Notes under the pieces: model-generated
The model's database searches: none
The model's input: only the letters and a program-made list of their open reading frames with translations
What the model was told of the DNA's origin: nothing
Assembly (NCBI GenBank): GCA_040755995.1
Contig: JBFMAF010000020.1
Location: 64,001-128,000, forward strand
Length of the DNA stretch: 64,000 bases
Direction: 5' to 3'
Source of the DNA: Acidobacteriota bacterium
GTDB lineage: Bacteria; Acidobacteriota; CAIWXX01
In this document: positions 1 to 9,711 of the stretch, in pieces
Layout: every line of letters begins with the position of its first letter
Position numbering within the stretch: position 1 is the first letter of the stretch
Program-made: the position numbers and the translations under genes

Positions 1-118
1 CCGAAGTCGGGAAGTGCCCACCGCGCTGAGTCAAACCGTTCACGTCGGCGACGGCGTACGCGGCGGCTGCGATGATCATGATTCCCACGAGCGAGAATAG
101 GACGATCCTGCGGCTCAT
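1..118 (-). CDS. 5' part of a secreted protein running off the window edge
   Basis: Reverse strand reads MSRRIVLFSLVGIMIIAAAAYAVADVNG..., a signal-peptide-like start with a GGAGGG RBS upstream; open to position 1. Confidence 0.6.
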   Translation of the reverse strand, partial: MSRRIVLFSLVGIMIIAAAAYAVADVNGLTQRGGHFPTS

Positions 119-277
119 CTGTTGCCCTCCTGTTGCTCGCATTATACGCGCGGCCGCAAGAATCGGCAATGGGCCCGCTTCCGAGCGCCCGAGTCCAATC
201 CCTTGGATGCCGATCCGGCGGATTGGACGATGCTTCCGTTTCTTCCATCGAATTGGACCGCGTGGATGCATCACGCC

Positions 278-293
278 TGGCATGCGTTCCGCA
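278..293 (+). promoter_or_regulatory. Possible sigma-54 (-24/-12) promoter
   Basis: TGGCATGcgttCCGCA has the correct GG-N10-GC spacing about 60 nt upstream of the CDS at 353, but has CC instead of the consensus TT. Confidence 0.3.
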
Positions 294-352
294 CTCACAG
301 AGACAAGAAAGAGGTTCACGATGGCTGATGTCGTGGAAGAGGGAGGATCGCG

Positions 353-2257
353 ATGATCGAGAGATGCGTTGTCCTAGGCCTCCTCGCATCGTCCGCGCTG
401 TCGGTCGCGCTGGCGGGGAATTCGAGCTCCGATGGCGGCTGGGTGGTCCTGCGAGTCGAAGACTACCGCGATCTCATGGAGAAGGCAGTCACGCTCGAGC
501 CCAAGCCGGCTCCACCACCGGTCCACGCCACGCTCACGCAACTCGACTACGACCTGCGCATTTCGGCGGACGCGGCCCATGGTACTGCCCGCCTCGTTGT
601 TGACGTCCTCAATGACGGCTGGGTCAGGGTTGCTATCCCGCGCGACTTCCAGGTGCGCGCGACGCGCATCGACGGCAATCCCGGCTCCGTTGTCGGAGCA
701 GCGAGCGAGAAAGGCGAGGGTCTGATGTACCTCGTGTTCTCTCGTCGCGGCCGGGCCATCGCCGATCTCGACATCGTGATCCCGGTGGCTTCATCGGCGG
801 GTAGCGACTCGATAACGATCCCGCCCTCGATGGCGGCCCTCACCACGACCACGGTGACGATGCCCCGGCGAGGAGTCGAAATGACGGCTTCCCAGGGACT
901 CATCGACAAGGTGATGGAGACTGCATCTGAGAGCCGGTTCGTCGCCCACGGACGTTCGTCGGTGCCGCTCGTGCTCTCGTGGCGCCGAAGGCTGGAGGAC
1001 CGCGTCGCCCAACCCCTGCGCCTGCGCGGCTCCATTAACGAATTCGTAGGATTGGGTGAAGACGGATCACAGGTCAGCGCTGATGTCGACATCGAGGTTG
1101 TTCAGGGGATCCTCAAACAGACCGTCCTTGGAATCGCCGACGGCCTCGTCGTCAACCAGGTCTCCGGCGCTGCAGTGTCAGACTGGGACTATCGGCCTGG
1201 CTCTCTCTCGGTGACTCTTCTCGAGCCGGTCGAGACTGGGACGAAGCTGGTTGTGTCGGGCGAAGCGCACACGCCGCGGGATTCCTGGGTGCAGGTTCCC
1301 TTGGTGAGACTCAGGGATGCCGAGCGTGAGACGGGCGGTGTGGCCGTCGACGTGATCGGCGCTGGCGAGATCAAAGGTCGCCAGGTTCGCGGCCTGGACG
1401 AAACGGATCCATCGGGCCTCGGCGAGTCCGTGGTCTCGCGGGGCTCGCCTTCGATCGCGGCCTTCGTGTTCCGCCCGCAGGATGGAACGGCGCAGAGGAG
1501 TTTGTCGGTGGAGGTCGCGCGGTACACGCCCGAATCCGTTGTGGTCGCGAACGTGGAGGAGGCGCGCTACGAGGCAATCGTCGGCGAGGAAGGCAAGGTG
1601 CTCGTGCGGGGGCGATTCGCGGTGCGGAACAACCAGCGGAGCTTTCTGGCCATGCGATTGCCGCCAGGTGCGGTGCTCTGGAGCGCCGCAGTTTCCGGCC
1701 TCCCACTGCGCCCCGGAAGGTCGGATGACGGCGCTCTGCTCCTGCCCCTCGAGAAGGGCCGCTCCGGTGAGGAAGCGCCGTGCTTTGACGTCGAAGCCGT
1801 CTATGCACAGAAGGGGCCGGCTTGGCAACACGACGGATCGTGGCATCTCGCCCTGCCATCGCTCGATCTGGAGATCTCCCGAATCGGGCTGGTGCTCTAT
1901 CACTCCCCTCGATACCGGATCGAGTTCCTGCCCGGCGTCTTCCGCGAGGAAGAGTACTCCGATCCATACTCGGAGATCCTCGCTCGCGATTCGCCGATCG
2001 CGACACCGTCCACCAGCCCTCCACCGGCCGCCGCTCCCTCCGAAGAGGATCGCAGCGCAGAGGTGGAGGTAGAGAATCTGGTGGCACTGTACAAGAGAGA
2101 AGGGCATGGCGGGCGTGCCGGCAGCACGCTCCCGATTCGAGTCCGGTTTTTCGGCGTAGGCGAGTCGCGCTATTTGGTCTCCGAGCTCACCGCGGAGAAT
2201 ACATCGCCGGCAATCGACCTGCGGTACAAGCAGACGACGAAAGGAGCGTGGAAATGA
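353..2257 (+). CDS. Secreted beta-rich hypothetical protein, paralog of the downstream gene
   Basis: 634-aa ORF with GGAGG RBS and signal peptide; motifs are colinear with the next ORF; ATGA overlap with it. Confidence 0.85.
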   Translation: MIERCVVLGLLASSALSVALAGNSSSDGGWVVLRVEDYRDLMEKAVTLEPKPAPPPVHATLTQLDYDLRISADAAHGTARLVVDVLNDGWVRVAIPRDFQVRATRIDGNPGSVVGAASEKGEGLMYLVFSRRGRAIADLDIVIPVASSAGSDSITIPPSMAALTTTTVTMPRRGVEMTASQGLIDKVMETASESRFVAHGRSSVPLVLSWRRRLEDRVAQPLRLRGSINEFVGLGEDGSQVSADVDIEVVQGILKQTVLGIADGLVVNQVSGAAVSDWDYRPGSLSVTLLEPVETGTKLVVSGEAHTPRDSWVQVPLVRLRDAERETGGVAVDVIGAGEIKGRQVRGLDETDPSGLGESVVSRGSPSIAAFVFRPQDGTAQRSLSVEVARYTPESVVVANVEEARYEAIVGEEGKVLVRGRFAVRNNQRSFLAMRLPPGAVLWSAAVSGLPLRPGRSDDGALLLPLEKGRSGEEAPCFDVEAVYAQKGPAWQHDGSWHLALPSLDLEISRIGLVLYHSPRYRIEFLPGVFREEEYSDPYSEILARDSPIATPSTSPPPAAAPSEEDRSAEVEVENLVALYKREGHGGRAGSTLPIRVRFFGVGESRYLVSELTAENTSPAIDLRYKQTTKGAWK

Positions 2258-4536
2258 ACCAGCGTGCCTTCCGCATGTTGATCATCGCAGCCTTCATGTG
2301 CGGCAGCCGGGGATGGGCGCAACAGACTCCGCCGGGCTCCGTCACGCTTCCGCTGCCCGAGTACAACAGGCTGTTGGAGCTCGCGAAGAAGGCTCCGCGG
2401 CCTCCTGAACGGCCCCCCATTGCGGCAGCCCTGACCGAAGCGGACATCCGTGGCACTGTCGAAGGCGACAGACTCCACGGGACGATGAGGATCTACGGCG
2501 AGGTCTTTCAGAAGGGCCCGACCGAAGTGCGCCTCGTGCAGAATACCACGCTCTTCGGAGCGCGTCTTGGCGGCCGGCCGCTGCCTCTCTGGTTTCACGA
2601 CAACGGCTGCTCGACGGTGCTCGACGGGCCGGCGTCTTTCTCGGTTGAGCTCGACTGGGAGACGCCGGTATCAACCGAGCCCGGACGAGCCACGTTTCAG
2701 ATCAGCGCGCCCGATGCAGCGGGCGTACACACGGCAATTGAAATCCCGGCCGCCATGGCGGACGCGCACGTCGAGCGGGGTATCATTACCGGGAAGACGT
2801 CCCTCAAGGGCAAGACCACGGTCGAAGCAACCCTGGAGCCGGGGCGGCCTGCTCGATTCTGGTGGTCATCGCGCGAGACGACTGCCGCTGCCGCGGTGAA
2901 GCCCGTCAGATTCCTCTCGGACATCAAGACGCTTGTCACCATCGGCGAAGCCGACATATCGATGGCGGCCCTGGTGGATGTGACGGTGCTGCAGGGAGAT
3001 CCCGTGCGCTTTAATGTACGCCTGCCCGAGAGATACGAAGTGACGGGTGCCACAGGCAGCACCGTCGATGCGACCGAGCAGGCGGGCGATACGCTGGCCG
3101 TCGTAGTGCGCGATGCCTCGCGAAGGCGCCGTCAGTTCCTGGTGACCCTGGAGCGGCCGACCGAAGGCGGATCGCTCGAGACCGACGCGGGGCTTCCGGT
3201 TGTCGAGGGAAGCCAGCGTGAGACGGGCGACGTTGCCGTCGAAGGCGCAGGCACAATGGAGCTCACGGTGGTTGAGGGCGGTGGCATGCAGCGCGTTGAT
3301 GTGCGCGAATGCGCCGGGGCCCTGCGCGCTCTGGCACGCTACCCGCTTCTCGCCGCCTTCCGCTACCAGCGGAAGATGTCCGAGCCGCCGGCGCTCACGC
3401 TCGGCGTCAAGCGGTTCCTCGACGCCCCAGTACTGGCGGCTGTCGCCGAGAGCGCGGAGGTCACGACCCTCGTCACCGCGCAGGGTCGCATGCTCACCGA
3501 GGTGTCGCTCACTGTACGTAACCATACGCAACCGTACCTAAAGGTAGGCGTTCCCGATAGCGCGACGCTGCTCTCGGCGGAAGTCGCCGGCGAGGCCGTC
3601 AAGCCGGTCAAGGGAAAGGACGGCACGCGCGTTCCACTTCTGCGCCCCGGCTATCGGCCGGATGCACCCTACCGCGTCTCTTACGTTTACATGGATGCAG
3701 GCGCGGCGCTGGGCAAGGCGGGCACTGCGAAGCTCGCGATTCCGCAGATGGACATCCCGGTGCTGCTCCTGAGATGGGAGATGATGGTGCCCGACCAGTA
3801 CAAGGCGAGGGATTTCGGCGGGGAGGCGATCCAGACAGCCAGCTGCACCGTGGAGGATCGGCGGGCATGGACGGTGTACTCGAAGGCCACGCTGGACGAC
3901 CTTCCAGACAACGTTCCGACAGCACGCGATCCGCTTGTCTCCGAGTCCATGCGTGGCGCCCCCGGCGATGGAACCGTCACCGGGACTGTTGTAGACCAAA
4001 CCGGCGGCGTCCTGCCGGGTGCCACGGTCACATTGACCAACAGGGAGATCGGCACTCAAGCTCGCGTGACTGGAATCAACGGTGATTTCGCATTCCCCTT
4101 CCTCCCGAGCGGCGACTACGACTTGCAGGCCGAGCTGGATGGATTCGCTACGTACGCTCAGAAGCAAGTCCACGTGCGATCTGGGGGAGGCGTCGACCTG
4201 CAGATCATCCTCAAGCCCACCAGCGTTGCCGAGGTCATCACCGTGACAGCCGAGCAGCCCATCATCGACACAAAGAAGACGGGCACCGGATTCAACTTCA
4301 CGCAGGAGGTGTTGAGCGACTCGGGCGGCAGCGGCGGGTACTACTCGGCTCCCAAGAAGGACAGAGAGCGTGAGGCGACGGGGCCATCGAGCAACGTCCT
4401 GAACCTCCAGAAGCGGGTCTCGGGAGTGCTGCCGATCAGGGTAGAGATCCCGCGCGCAGGGGTCTCGTACCGATTCATCCGCTCACTGGTCCTGGACGAG
4501 GAGACGACGGTCACGTTCGAGTACAAGAGGCGTTGA
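2254..4536 (+). CDS. Secreted protein with an inserted carboxypeptidase-regulatory-like domain
   Basis: Start reassigned to ATG 2254 (AAGGAG RBS, ATGA overlap, signal peptide MNQRAFRMLIIAAF...AQ); contains GTVTGTVVDQTGGVLPGATVTL...GDYDLQAELDGF. Confidence 0.85.
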   Translation: MNQRAFRMLIIAAFMCGSRGWAQQTPPGSVTLPLPEYNRLLELAKKAPRPPERPPIAAALTEADIRGTVEGDRLHGTMRIYGEVFQKGPTEVRLVQNTTLFGARLGGRPLPLWFHDNGCSTVLDGPASFSVELDWETPVSTEPGRATFQISAPDAAGVHTAIEIPAAMADAHVERGIITGKTSLKGKTTVEATLEPGRPARFWWSSRETTAAAAVKPVRFLSDIKTLVTIGEADISMAALVDVTVLQGDPVRFNVRLPERYEVTGATGSTVDATEQAGDTLAVVVRDASRRRRQFLVTLERPTEGGSLETDAGLPVVEGSQRETGDVAVEGAGTMELTVVEGGGMQRVDVRECAGALRALARYPLLAAFRYQRKMSEPPALTLGVKRFLDAPVLAAVAESAEVTTLVTAQGRMLTEVSLTVRNHTQPYLKVGVPDSATLLSAEVAGEAVKPVKGKDGTRVPLLRPGYRPDAPYRVSYVYMDAGAALGKAGTAKLAIPQMDIPVLLLRWEMMVPDQYKARDFGGEAIQTASCTVEDRRAWTVYSKATLDDLPDNVPTARDPLVSESMRGAPGDGTVTGTVVDQTGGVLPGATVTLTNREIGTQARVTGINGDFAFPFLPSGDYDLQAELDGFATYAQKQVHVRSGGGVDLQIILKPTSVAEVITVTAEQPIIDTKKTGTGFNFTQEVLSDSGGSGGYYSAPKKDREREATGPSSNVLNLQKRVSGVLPIRVEIPRAGVSYRFIRSLVLDEETTVTFEYKRR

Positions 4537-4591
4537 GAGCGCCCGTATCCAGGCGATGGTGACGGGAGCGCGTTGCGCCGGCGGCGAATGC

Positions 4592-5860
4592 TCAGCGCGG
4601 GAAGGTCAGGCGGATCACGAGTCCGCGGGAGGGGGAGTGCTGGTTCTCGGCCGAGATCCTACCGCCGTGAGCCTCGATGATCCTCTTGCACATGGCCAGC
4701 CCGAGGCCCCAGCCACCGGTCTTTCTGGAGCGGGAGCGGTCGGCGCGGAAGAACGGCTCGAAGATGGCTTCGAGATCGCCCGCACCGACTCCAGGACCGT
4801 CGTCGGCGACGCGCATCGTCACAGCTTCCGGCTCGACGCTCATCGTGATCTCGACCGACCGGCTGTCAGGGAGCGAGTACTTGACGGCGTTTTCCAAAAG
4901 ATTCCGGAACAGGACGCGGATCTTGTCGGCATCGATGTCCAGGAGAACCGGCTCGGCGGGTGTCGTCACACGGACGCCGGGAGCCGTTTCGGCGAACTGG
5001 CCGGCGACGTCGCGGACGATCGCTACGATGTCGCGACGCTTGATTGAGAGGCCGCGACCGTCCCGCAGGCGCTCGAGCTCCAGTATTCCCGTGATCATCC
5101 CTTCCATCTCGGCAACGTCAGCCTCCATCCGGGTGCGCTTGTCACCCTCGGGGAGCAGCGCCAGCGCGACTTTCATGCGGGTGAGCGGCGAACGCAGCTC
5201 GTGACTCACGTCGATCAGCAGGCGGTCGCGTAGCTGGATCATCTCCTTGACGCGTCGAGCCATCTGGTTGAAGGCATCGGTCAGCGCACCGAGCTCGTCC
5301 CGCGACTGGCGCTCGACGACAACATCGAACTGGCCTTCGCCGAAGCGACCGACGGCGGCGTAGAGAAGGCGGACGGGGCGAAGCGCGCGCCGGATGACCC
5401 CGTGAGCCACGAGCACGATGATGATCATGAGGGTGAGCAGCAGAGCAAGCAGCCTATCGTGAGCGACCTTGAGCGAGCGGCCGAACTCCCACGATAGAGT
5501 GTAACGGCCGCCGCCCGCGGCAGCAGCGACGTGGCGGCTGTGACCCCAAGCCGAGTGGGGTGTCGCGACGGCAGTCCCCTTCGAGTCGCCGGTGGTCCAG
5601 GCACCTTGCGGTCCCTCATAGGAAATCGTGATCCCCGCCTGGCGCGCCACGACTCTGGCTGTCTCAAGATCAGGCGGGCGGGAGGCGATGTCCTGGGCAT
5701 ACGCGTCGAGCACGCGATCAACCGCCTCCCCAACGCTCGGACTGACGGCGAAACCGAAGAAGCCGACCACCATCAGCATGAGGCAGACCGCCATGCCTAC
5801 CATGATCGCGACCAGCTTGACGAAGACGGACCCGTGCAGAGTTGCGAGCTTCTCAGGCAT
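4592..5860 (-). CDS. HAMP sensor histidine kinase
   Basis: Two TM helices, HAMP, H-box DVSHELRSPL, N-box NLLENAVKYS, G-boxes DDGPG and GLGLA; start at MPEKL overlaps the regulator stop. Confidence 0.92.
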   Translation of the reverse strand: MPEKLATLHGSVFVKLVAIMVGMAVCLMLMVVGFFGFAVSPSVGEAVDRVLDAYAQDIASRPPDLETARVVARQAGITISYEGPQGAWTTGDSKGTAVATPHSAWGHSRHVAAAAGGGRYTLSWEFGRSLKVAHDRLLALLLTLMIIIVLVAHGVIRRALRPVRLLYAAVGRFGEGQFDVVVERQSRDELGALTDAFNQMARRVKEMIQLRDRLLIDVSHELRSPLTRMKVALALLPEGDKRTRMEADVAEMEGMITGILELERLRDGRGLSIKRRDIVAIVRDVAGQFAETAPGVRVTTPAEPVLLDIDADKIRVLFRNLLENAVKYSLPDSRSVEITMSVEPEAVTMRVADDGPGVGAGDLEAIFEPFFRADRSRSRKTGGWGLGLAMCKRIIEAHGGRISAENQHSPSRGLVIRLTFPR

Positions 5861-6551
5861 CGCCGCCTCCGATGAACCTGTAGCCCGCCGCATGAACGGT
5901 CTTGATGAAACGCGGCCTGCGGGCGTCGTCCCTGAGCTTCCCGCGCAGCCGGCTGACGAGCACGTCGACCGATCGATCGAACGCCTCACAATCGCAGCCG
6001 CGAGTGAGCTCCATGATGCGATCCCTGCTCAGTACACGACCCCGGTTGCGGACTAGAATCCCGAGCAGCGTGAGCTCGGCTGTTGTCAGGTCGAGCGGCC
6101 GCCCGTCGAGTGAGGCCGAACGCGAGCCGAAGTCTACTTCGAGCCCGCCAACTCGCAGGCGCTCTTGGCTCTCCGGCTGAGCTCCCCGACGCAACACCGC
6201 CTGAATGCGCGCCACCAGCTCGCGGGGCTCGAACGGCTTGGGAAGGTAGTCGTCCGCTCCCAGCTCGAGCCCTACGATGCGATCCACCGTATCGCCGCGC
6301 GCCGTCAGCATGATGATCGGCACCCGGCTCCTCTCGCGAATGACGCGGCACACGGCGAAGCCGTCCATTCCCGGCAGCATCACGTCAAGGATGATGATGT
6401 CGGGAGGGTCGCGATCGAGCATCCCGAGCCCATCCTCCGGGGTCGCGGCTGCTCGCGCCGACAGACCGAATCCACCCAGAAGCTCGATGAGCAGCGCCGT
6501 GAGCTTCTCATCGTCGTCGATGAGCAAGACATCCGTTCTGTGTGGCGTCAT
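5853..6551 (-). CDS. OmpR/PhoB-family response regulator
   Basis: IDDD, LDVMLPGMDG, GADDYLPKPF and a winged-helix C-terminus (DRSVDVLVSRLRGKL...GYRF). Confidence 0.95.
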   Translation of the reverse strand: MTPHRTDVLLIDDDEKLTALLIELLGGFGLSARAAATPEDGLGMLDRDPPDIIILDVMLPGMDGFAVCRVIRERSRVPIIMLTARGDTVDRIVGLELGADDYLPKPFEPRELVARIQAVLRRGAQPESQERLRVGGLEVDFGSRSASLDGRPLDLTTAELTLLGILVRNRGRVLSRDRIMELTRGCDCEAFDRSVDVLVSRLRGKLRDDARRPRFIKTVHAAGYRFIGGGDA

Positions 6552-6569
6552 GGTCCCTATTATGATCCA

Positions 6570-7787
6570 TCAGGACGCGCGGAGTACATCGATCGGCACC
6601 ATGCGCGCCGCCTTGCGAGCGGGTAAGGCCCCGAAGGCGACGCCGGTTAGAACTGTGACGGCAAAGCTCGCCACGAGACCCGCACGAGGCGCGCCGACCG
6701 TCCAGCTGGTGGCGATCGCCAGTGTCGCCGCGCCCAGGCCGCCGGCGGCGGCGCCCGCGACCCAACCACCGAGAGCGAGTGCCGAGGCCTCGACGAGGAA
6801 CTGCGTGAAGACGTCTGCCGGGCGAGCGCCCAACGCCATTCGCAGCCCGATCTCCGCCGTGCGCTCCTTGACCGAAAGGAGCATCACGGCCAGCACGCCG
6901 ATGCCACCCACGACGAGAGATACGCCGGCGAGCCCGGTCGCGAGGAGCGTGAGCGAGTCCGCCACCGCCGCGCGCACGGCAAGGAGCTTGGCCTGATTCT
7001 GGATGTCGAAGTCGTCCGGCCTTCCAGCGGCGAGCCGGTGGCGGTCGCGCAGCAAACGCCGGATCTCCTGTTCGGCCTCTTCCATGCGATCAGGATGGGC
7101 GGCCGCTACGAACACCTCTGAGAGCGAAGTTGTGTTGAAGAGGCGACGTAGGGCCGTTCGGATGGGCACGAAGACGTTGCCATCCTCGTCTGACCCGTCC
7201 GCCAGCACGCCGCGGGCGGCAAGCACCCCCACAACCTGGAAGGGAATGCCGTTGATTCGGAGCGATTCGCGGATTGGCCGCTGACCGGGAAACAGTGTGT
7301 CGGCGACGCGAGCGCCAAGCACAGCGACACGCTCGGCCGCGTCGTTCTCGGCCGGATCGAAGAAGCGGCCGGAGGACAAGGTGAGACCGCGGAGCGAGCG
7401 AAACGCGGCGCCCGTGCCCATCACCAGGGCGTCCATCGATCTGGGTCCCACCTTGATGCGCATGTCACGTTCGGAGCCCGGAGCCGCCTCGCGCACGCAG
7501 GCCAAAGCCGCGATCTCCTCGCAGTCCTCCGCGCGCAGGCTCGTGACCCGTCCGCGAACCTCGCGGCGCGCCACGAGCGTGCCGAGCTGAGCGGGCCTCA
7601 CCAGGAGCAGGTTCGCGCCCATCGCACCGACATCACGCAGGACAGCGTCCCGCGCTCCCTGGCCGAGGGCGCTGGTGACGAGAACCGAGGCGACGCCGAT
7701 CGCCACGCTCGCCGTCGCAAGCCCCGCTCGAACCCTGTGCGCAGTGAGCGCGCGCACGGAGAGTGCAAACCCGCGCCGGAGCCTCAT
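6570..7787 (-). CDS. MacB/FtsX-family ABC permease
   Basis: VGGIGVLAVMLLSVKERTAEIGLRMALGA...QFLVEA...PARKAA motifs. Confidence 0.93.
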   Translation of the reverse strand: MRLRRGFALSVRALTAHRVRAGLATASVAIGVASVLVTSALGQGARDAVLRDVGAMGANLLLVRPAQLGTLVARREVRGRVTSLRAEDCEEIAALACVREAAPGSERDMRIKVGPRSMDALVMGTGAAFRSLRGLTLSSGRFFDPAENDAAERVAVLGARVADTLFPGQRPIRESLRINGIPFQVVGVLAARGVLADGSDEDGNVFVPIRTALRRLFNTTSLSEVFVAAAHPDRMEEAEQEIRRLLRDRHRLAAGRPDDFDIQNQAKLLAVRAAVADSLTLLATGLAGVSLVVGGIGVLAVMLLSVKERTAEIGLRMALGARPADVFTQFLVEASALALGGWVAGAAAGGLGAATLAIATSWTVGAPRAGLVASFAVTVLTGVAFGALPARKAARMVPIDVLRAS

Positions 7788-8992
7788 CGCAGCGCATCCG
7801 AAGGTCGCAGGAGTGCGGCACGCCGCGCCGGAGTCACGCCGGCGAGAAGGCCGGTGAGAAGCGACAGAGCCAGACCCAGCGCGATGGCACCGGGGCCCAA
7901 CCGCGCCGAGAGGCTGATGCGCGCGGCGACCAGGGCCGTGACCAGGCCGCCGAGGATGACGCCGGCGATGCCGCCGGCGAGCGTCGTCGCGGCGGTCTCG
8001 AGCAGGAACTGCAGCCGGATGTCCGCGGGTCGCGCCCCGACCGCGCGCCGCAGGCCGATCTCGGCCGTCCGCTCGTTCACCGAAGCCAGCATCAGACTTG
8101 CCGCCACGGCGAGGGCCGCAAGCAGGGAGGTGGCGGTGACGAGAGGGATGTACAGGAACACGACTCGCTCGATGCGTCCCACCATCTGCCGGACGGCGAC
8201 GGAGTTGATGACGGTGAAATCGTCGGGCTGACCTTGCGCCAGGCGGTGACGTGCCCGCAGCGCCAGCGAGACTTCTCTGGTGACGGCCTCGACGTCGGCC
8301 GGCTCGGTCACCAGGAGTTTGGCGGCGCGGATCGAGTCGACATTCATCACGCGGCGCATTGCGGTCGTGACCGGGATCACGATCTCGTTGTCGCGATCCA
8401 TCCCATGGATGTCAGTTCCGAACCGCTCCAGGATCCCCACGACGCGGAACGGCACGGAGCCGATTTGGATGTCCTGTCCGTCCGGGTAGTCCTCTGCGAA
8501 CAACGCCCGGGCCGCAGTCTCGCCGATGAGCGCCACCCGGGCCGATCCGGCGACGTCGGTGGCGTCAATGAAGCGGCCGCGTTCCGCCCCACGACTCCAC
8601 GCGCGCTCGGCGCGCTCAGACTGGCCCATCAGGCGCACCAGGCAGTTGCGATCCCCGCGTCGGACGGATGCGTCAGGAACGACGACCATCGGGTCCCAGG
8701 TGTCGATTCCCGGGACGTCCCGCACCACCGCCTCGATGTCGTCGATCGTCAGTCGGGTCGCGTCGCGCGGCCCGCCCATGAAGAAGCCCCCGCCGGAGGA
8801 GACGACGATCGAGGACGCGCCGAAGAGCTGTTGAACCGTTGCCAGCAGCTTGTTCACGGCCGCCCCGCCCAGAGCGACCACGAACGAGAGCGCCGCGACG
8901 CCGATCAGGGGGCCCACCATCATGAAGCCGGTGCGCAGCTTGAAGCGGGAGAGGGAGCGCATGCAGTCCTTGACGATTCTCAATGTTCTCAT
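7784..8992 (-). CDS. MacB/FtsX-family ABC permease
   Basis: SVNERTAEIGLRRAVGA...QFLLE...PARRAA; periplasmic GRFI and DDFTV motifs; 4-nt overlaps with both neighbours. Confidence 0.93.
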   Translation of the reverse strand: MRTLRIVKDCMRSLSRFKLRTGFMMVGPLIGVAALSFVVALGGAAVNKLLATVQQLFGASSIVVSSGGGFFMGGPRDATRLTIDDIEAVVRDVPGIDTWDPMVVVPDASVRRGDRNCLVRLMGQSERAERAWSRGAERGRFIDATDVAGSARVALIGETAARALFAEDYPDGQDIQIGSVPFRVVGILERFGTDIHGMDRDNEIVIPVTTAMRRVMNVDSIRAAKLLVTEPADVEAVTREVSLALRARHRLAQGQPDDFTVINSVAVRQMVGRIERVVFLYIPLVTATSLLAALAVAASLMLASVNERTAEIGLRRAVGARPADIRLQFLLETAATTLAGGIAGVILGGLVTALVAARISLSARLGPGAIALGLALSLLTGLLAGVTPARRAALLRPSDALR

Positions 8993-9711
8993 GAGTTCTC
9001 CTGAGAGGCGGCGACGGGGCGAGGGCCTACACCGTCGCTCACGAGCCGGCCGCTGTCGAGCCGCGCGACGCGGGTGCAGTGCGCGGCGACGCCGGAGTCA
9101 TGTGTCACGATCACGATCGTGCGCCCTGCGGCGTTCAAGCCCCGGAAGATCTCCATGATCTCCTGCGCCGCCTGAGCATCGAGGTTGCCCGTGGGTTCAT
9201 CGGCCAGAAGCAGGTCCGGATCATTGACGAGCGCCCGTGCGATCGCGACCCGTTGCTGTTGGCCGCCTGAGAGCTCTCCCGGCGTGTGCCGGGCACGGTC
9301 GGCGAGACCGACGGCCTTGAGTGCCGCAAGGCCCAGGCCTTCGATGGCCGCGCGTCGCGAGTACAGCAACGGCAGCTCCACGTTCTCCAGTGCACTGACG
9401 CGCGGGAGCAGGTGAAACGCCTGGAAGACGAATCCGATCTTCTCGTTGCGGAGCTGCGCCTGCAGCTCCAGGTCGAGGTCGGCGACGTCGCGCCCATCGA
9501 GGTGATAGCTCCCCGCGTCGGGCTGGTCGAGCAGGCCGATGATGTTCATGAGCGTCGACTTGCCCGAGCCGGACGCGCCAACGAGTGCAACCATCTCGCC
9601 GCGGTCGATATCCATCGACACCTCATCCAGGGCGCGGACGGCCTCTCCGCCCGGTCTCACATACGTTCTTCTGATTCCACTCAGCCTGATCATCATCTTG
9701 TCGTTCCTCAC
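8989..9711 (-). CDS. ABC ATP-binding protein (MacB/LolD type)
   Basis: Walker [10 protein letters not shown], signature [15 protein letters not shown], Walker [17 protein letters not shown]. Confidence 0.96.
   Translation of the reverse strand: MRNDKMMIRLSGIRRTYVRPGGEAVRALDEVSMDIDRGEMVALVGASGSGKSTLMNIIGLLDQPDAGSYHLDGRDVADLDLELQAQLRNEKIGFVFQAFHLLPRVSALENVELPLLYSRRAAIEGLGLAALKAVGLADRARHTPGELSGGQQQRVAIARALVNDPDLLLADEPTGNLDAQAAQEIMEIFRGLNAAGRTIVIVTHDSGVAAHCTRVARLDSGRLVSDGVGPRPVAASQENS

Noticed and set aside
1822..2253. N-terminal extensions of ORF-track calls (also at 11131, 20789, 43522, 46674, 63250)
   Set aside because: Most overlap upstream genes; internal starts fit better on RBS, signal peptide or stop-start coupling
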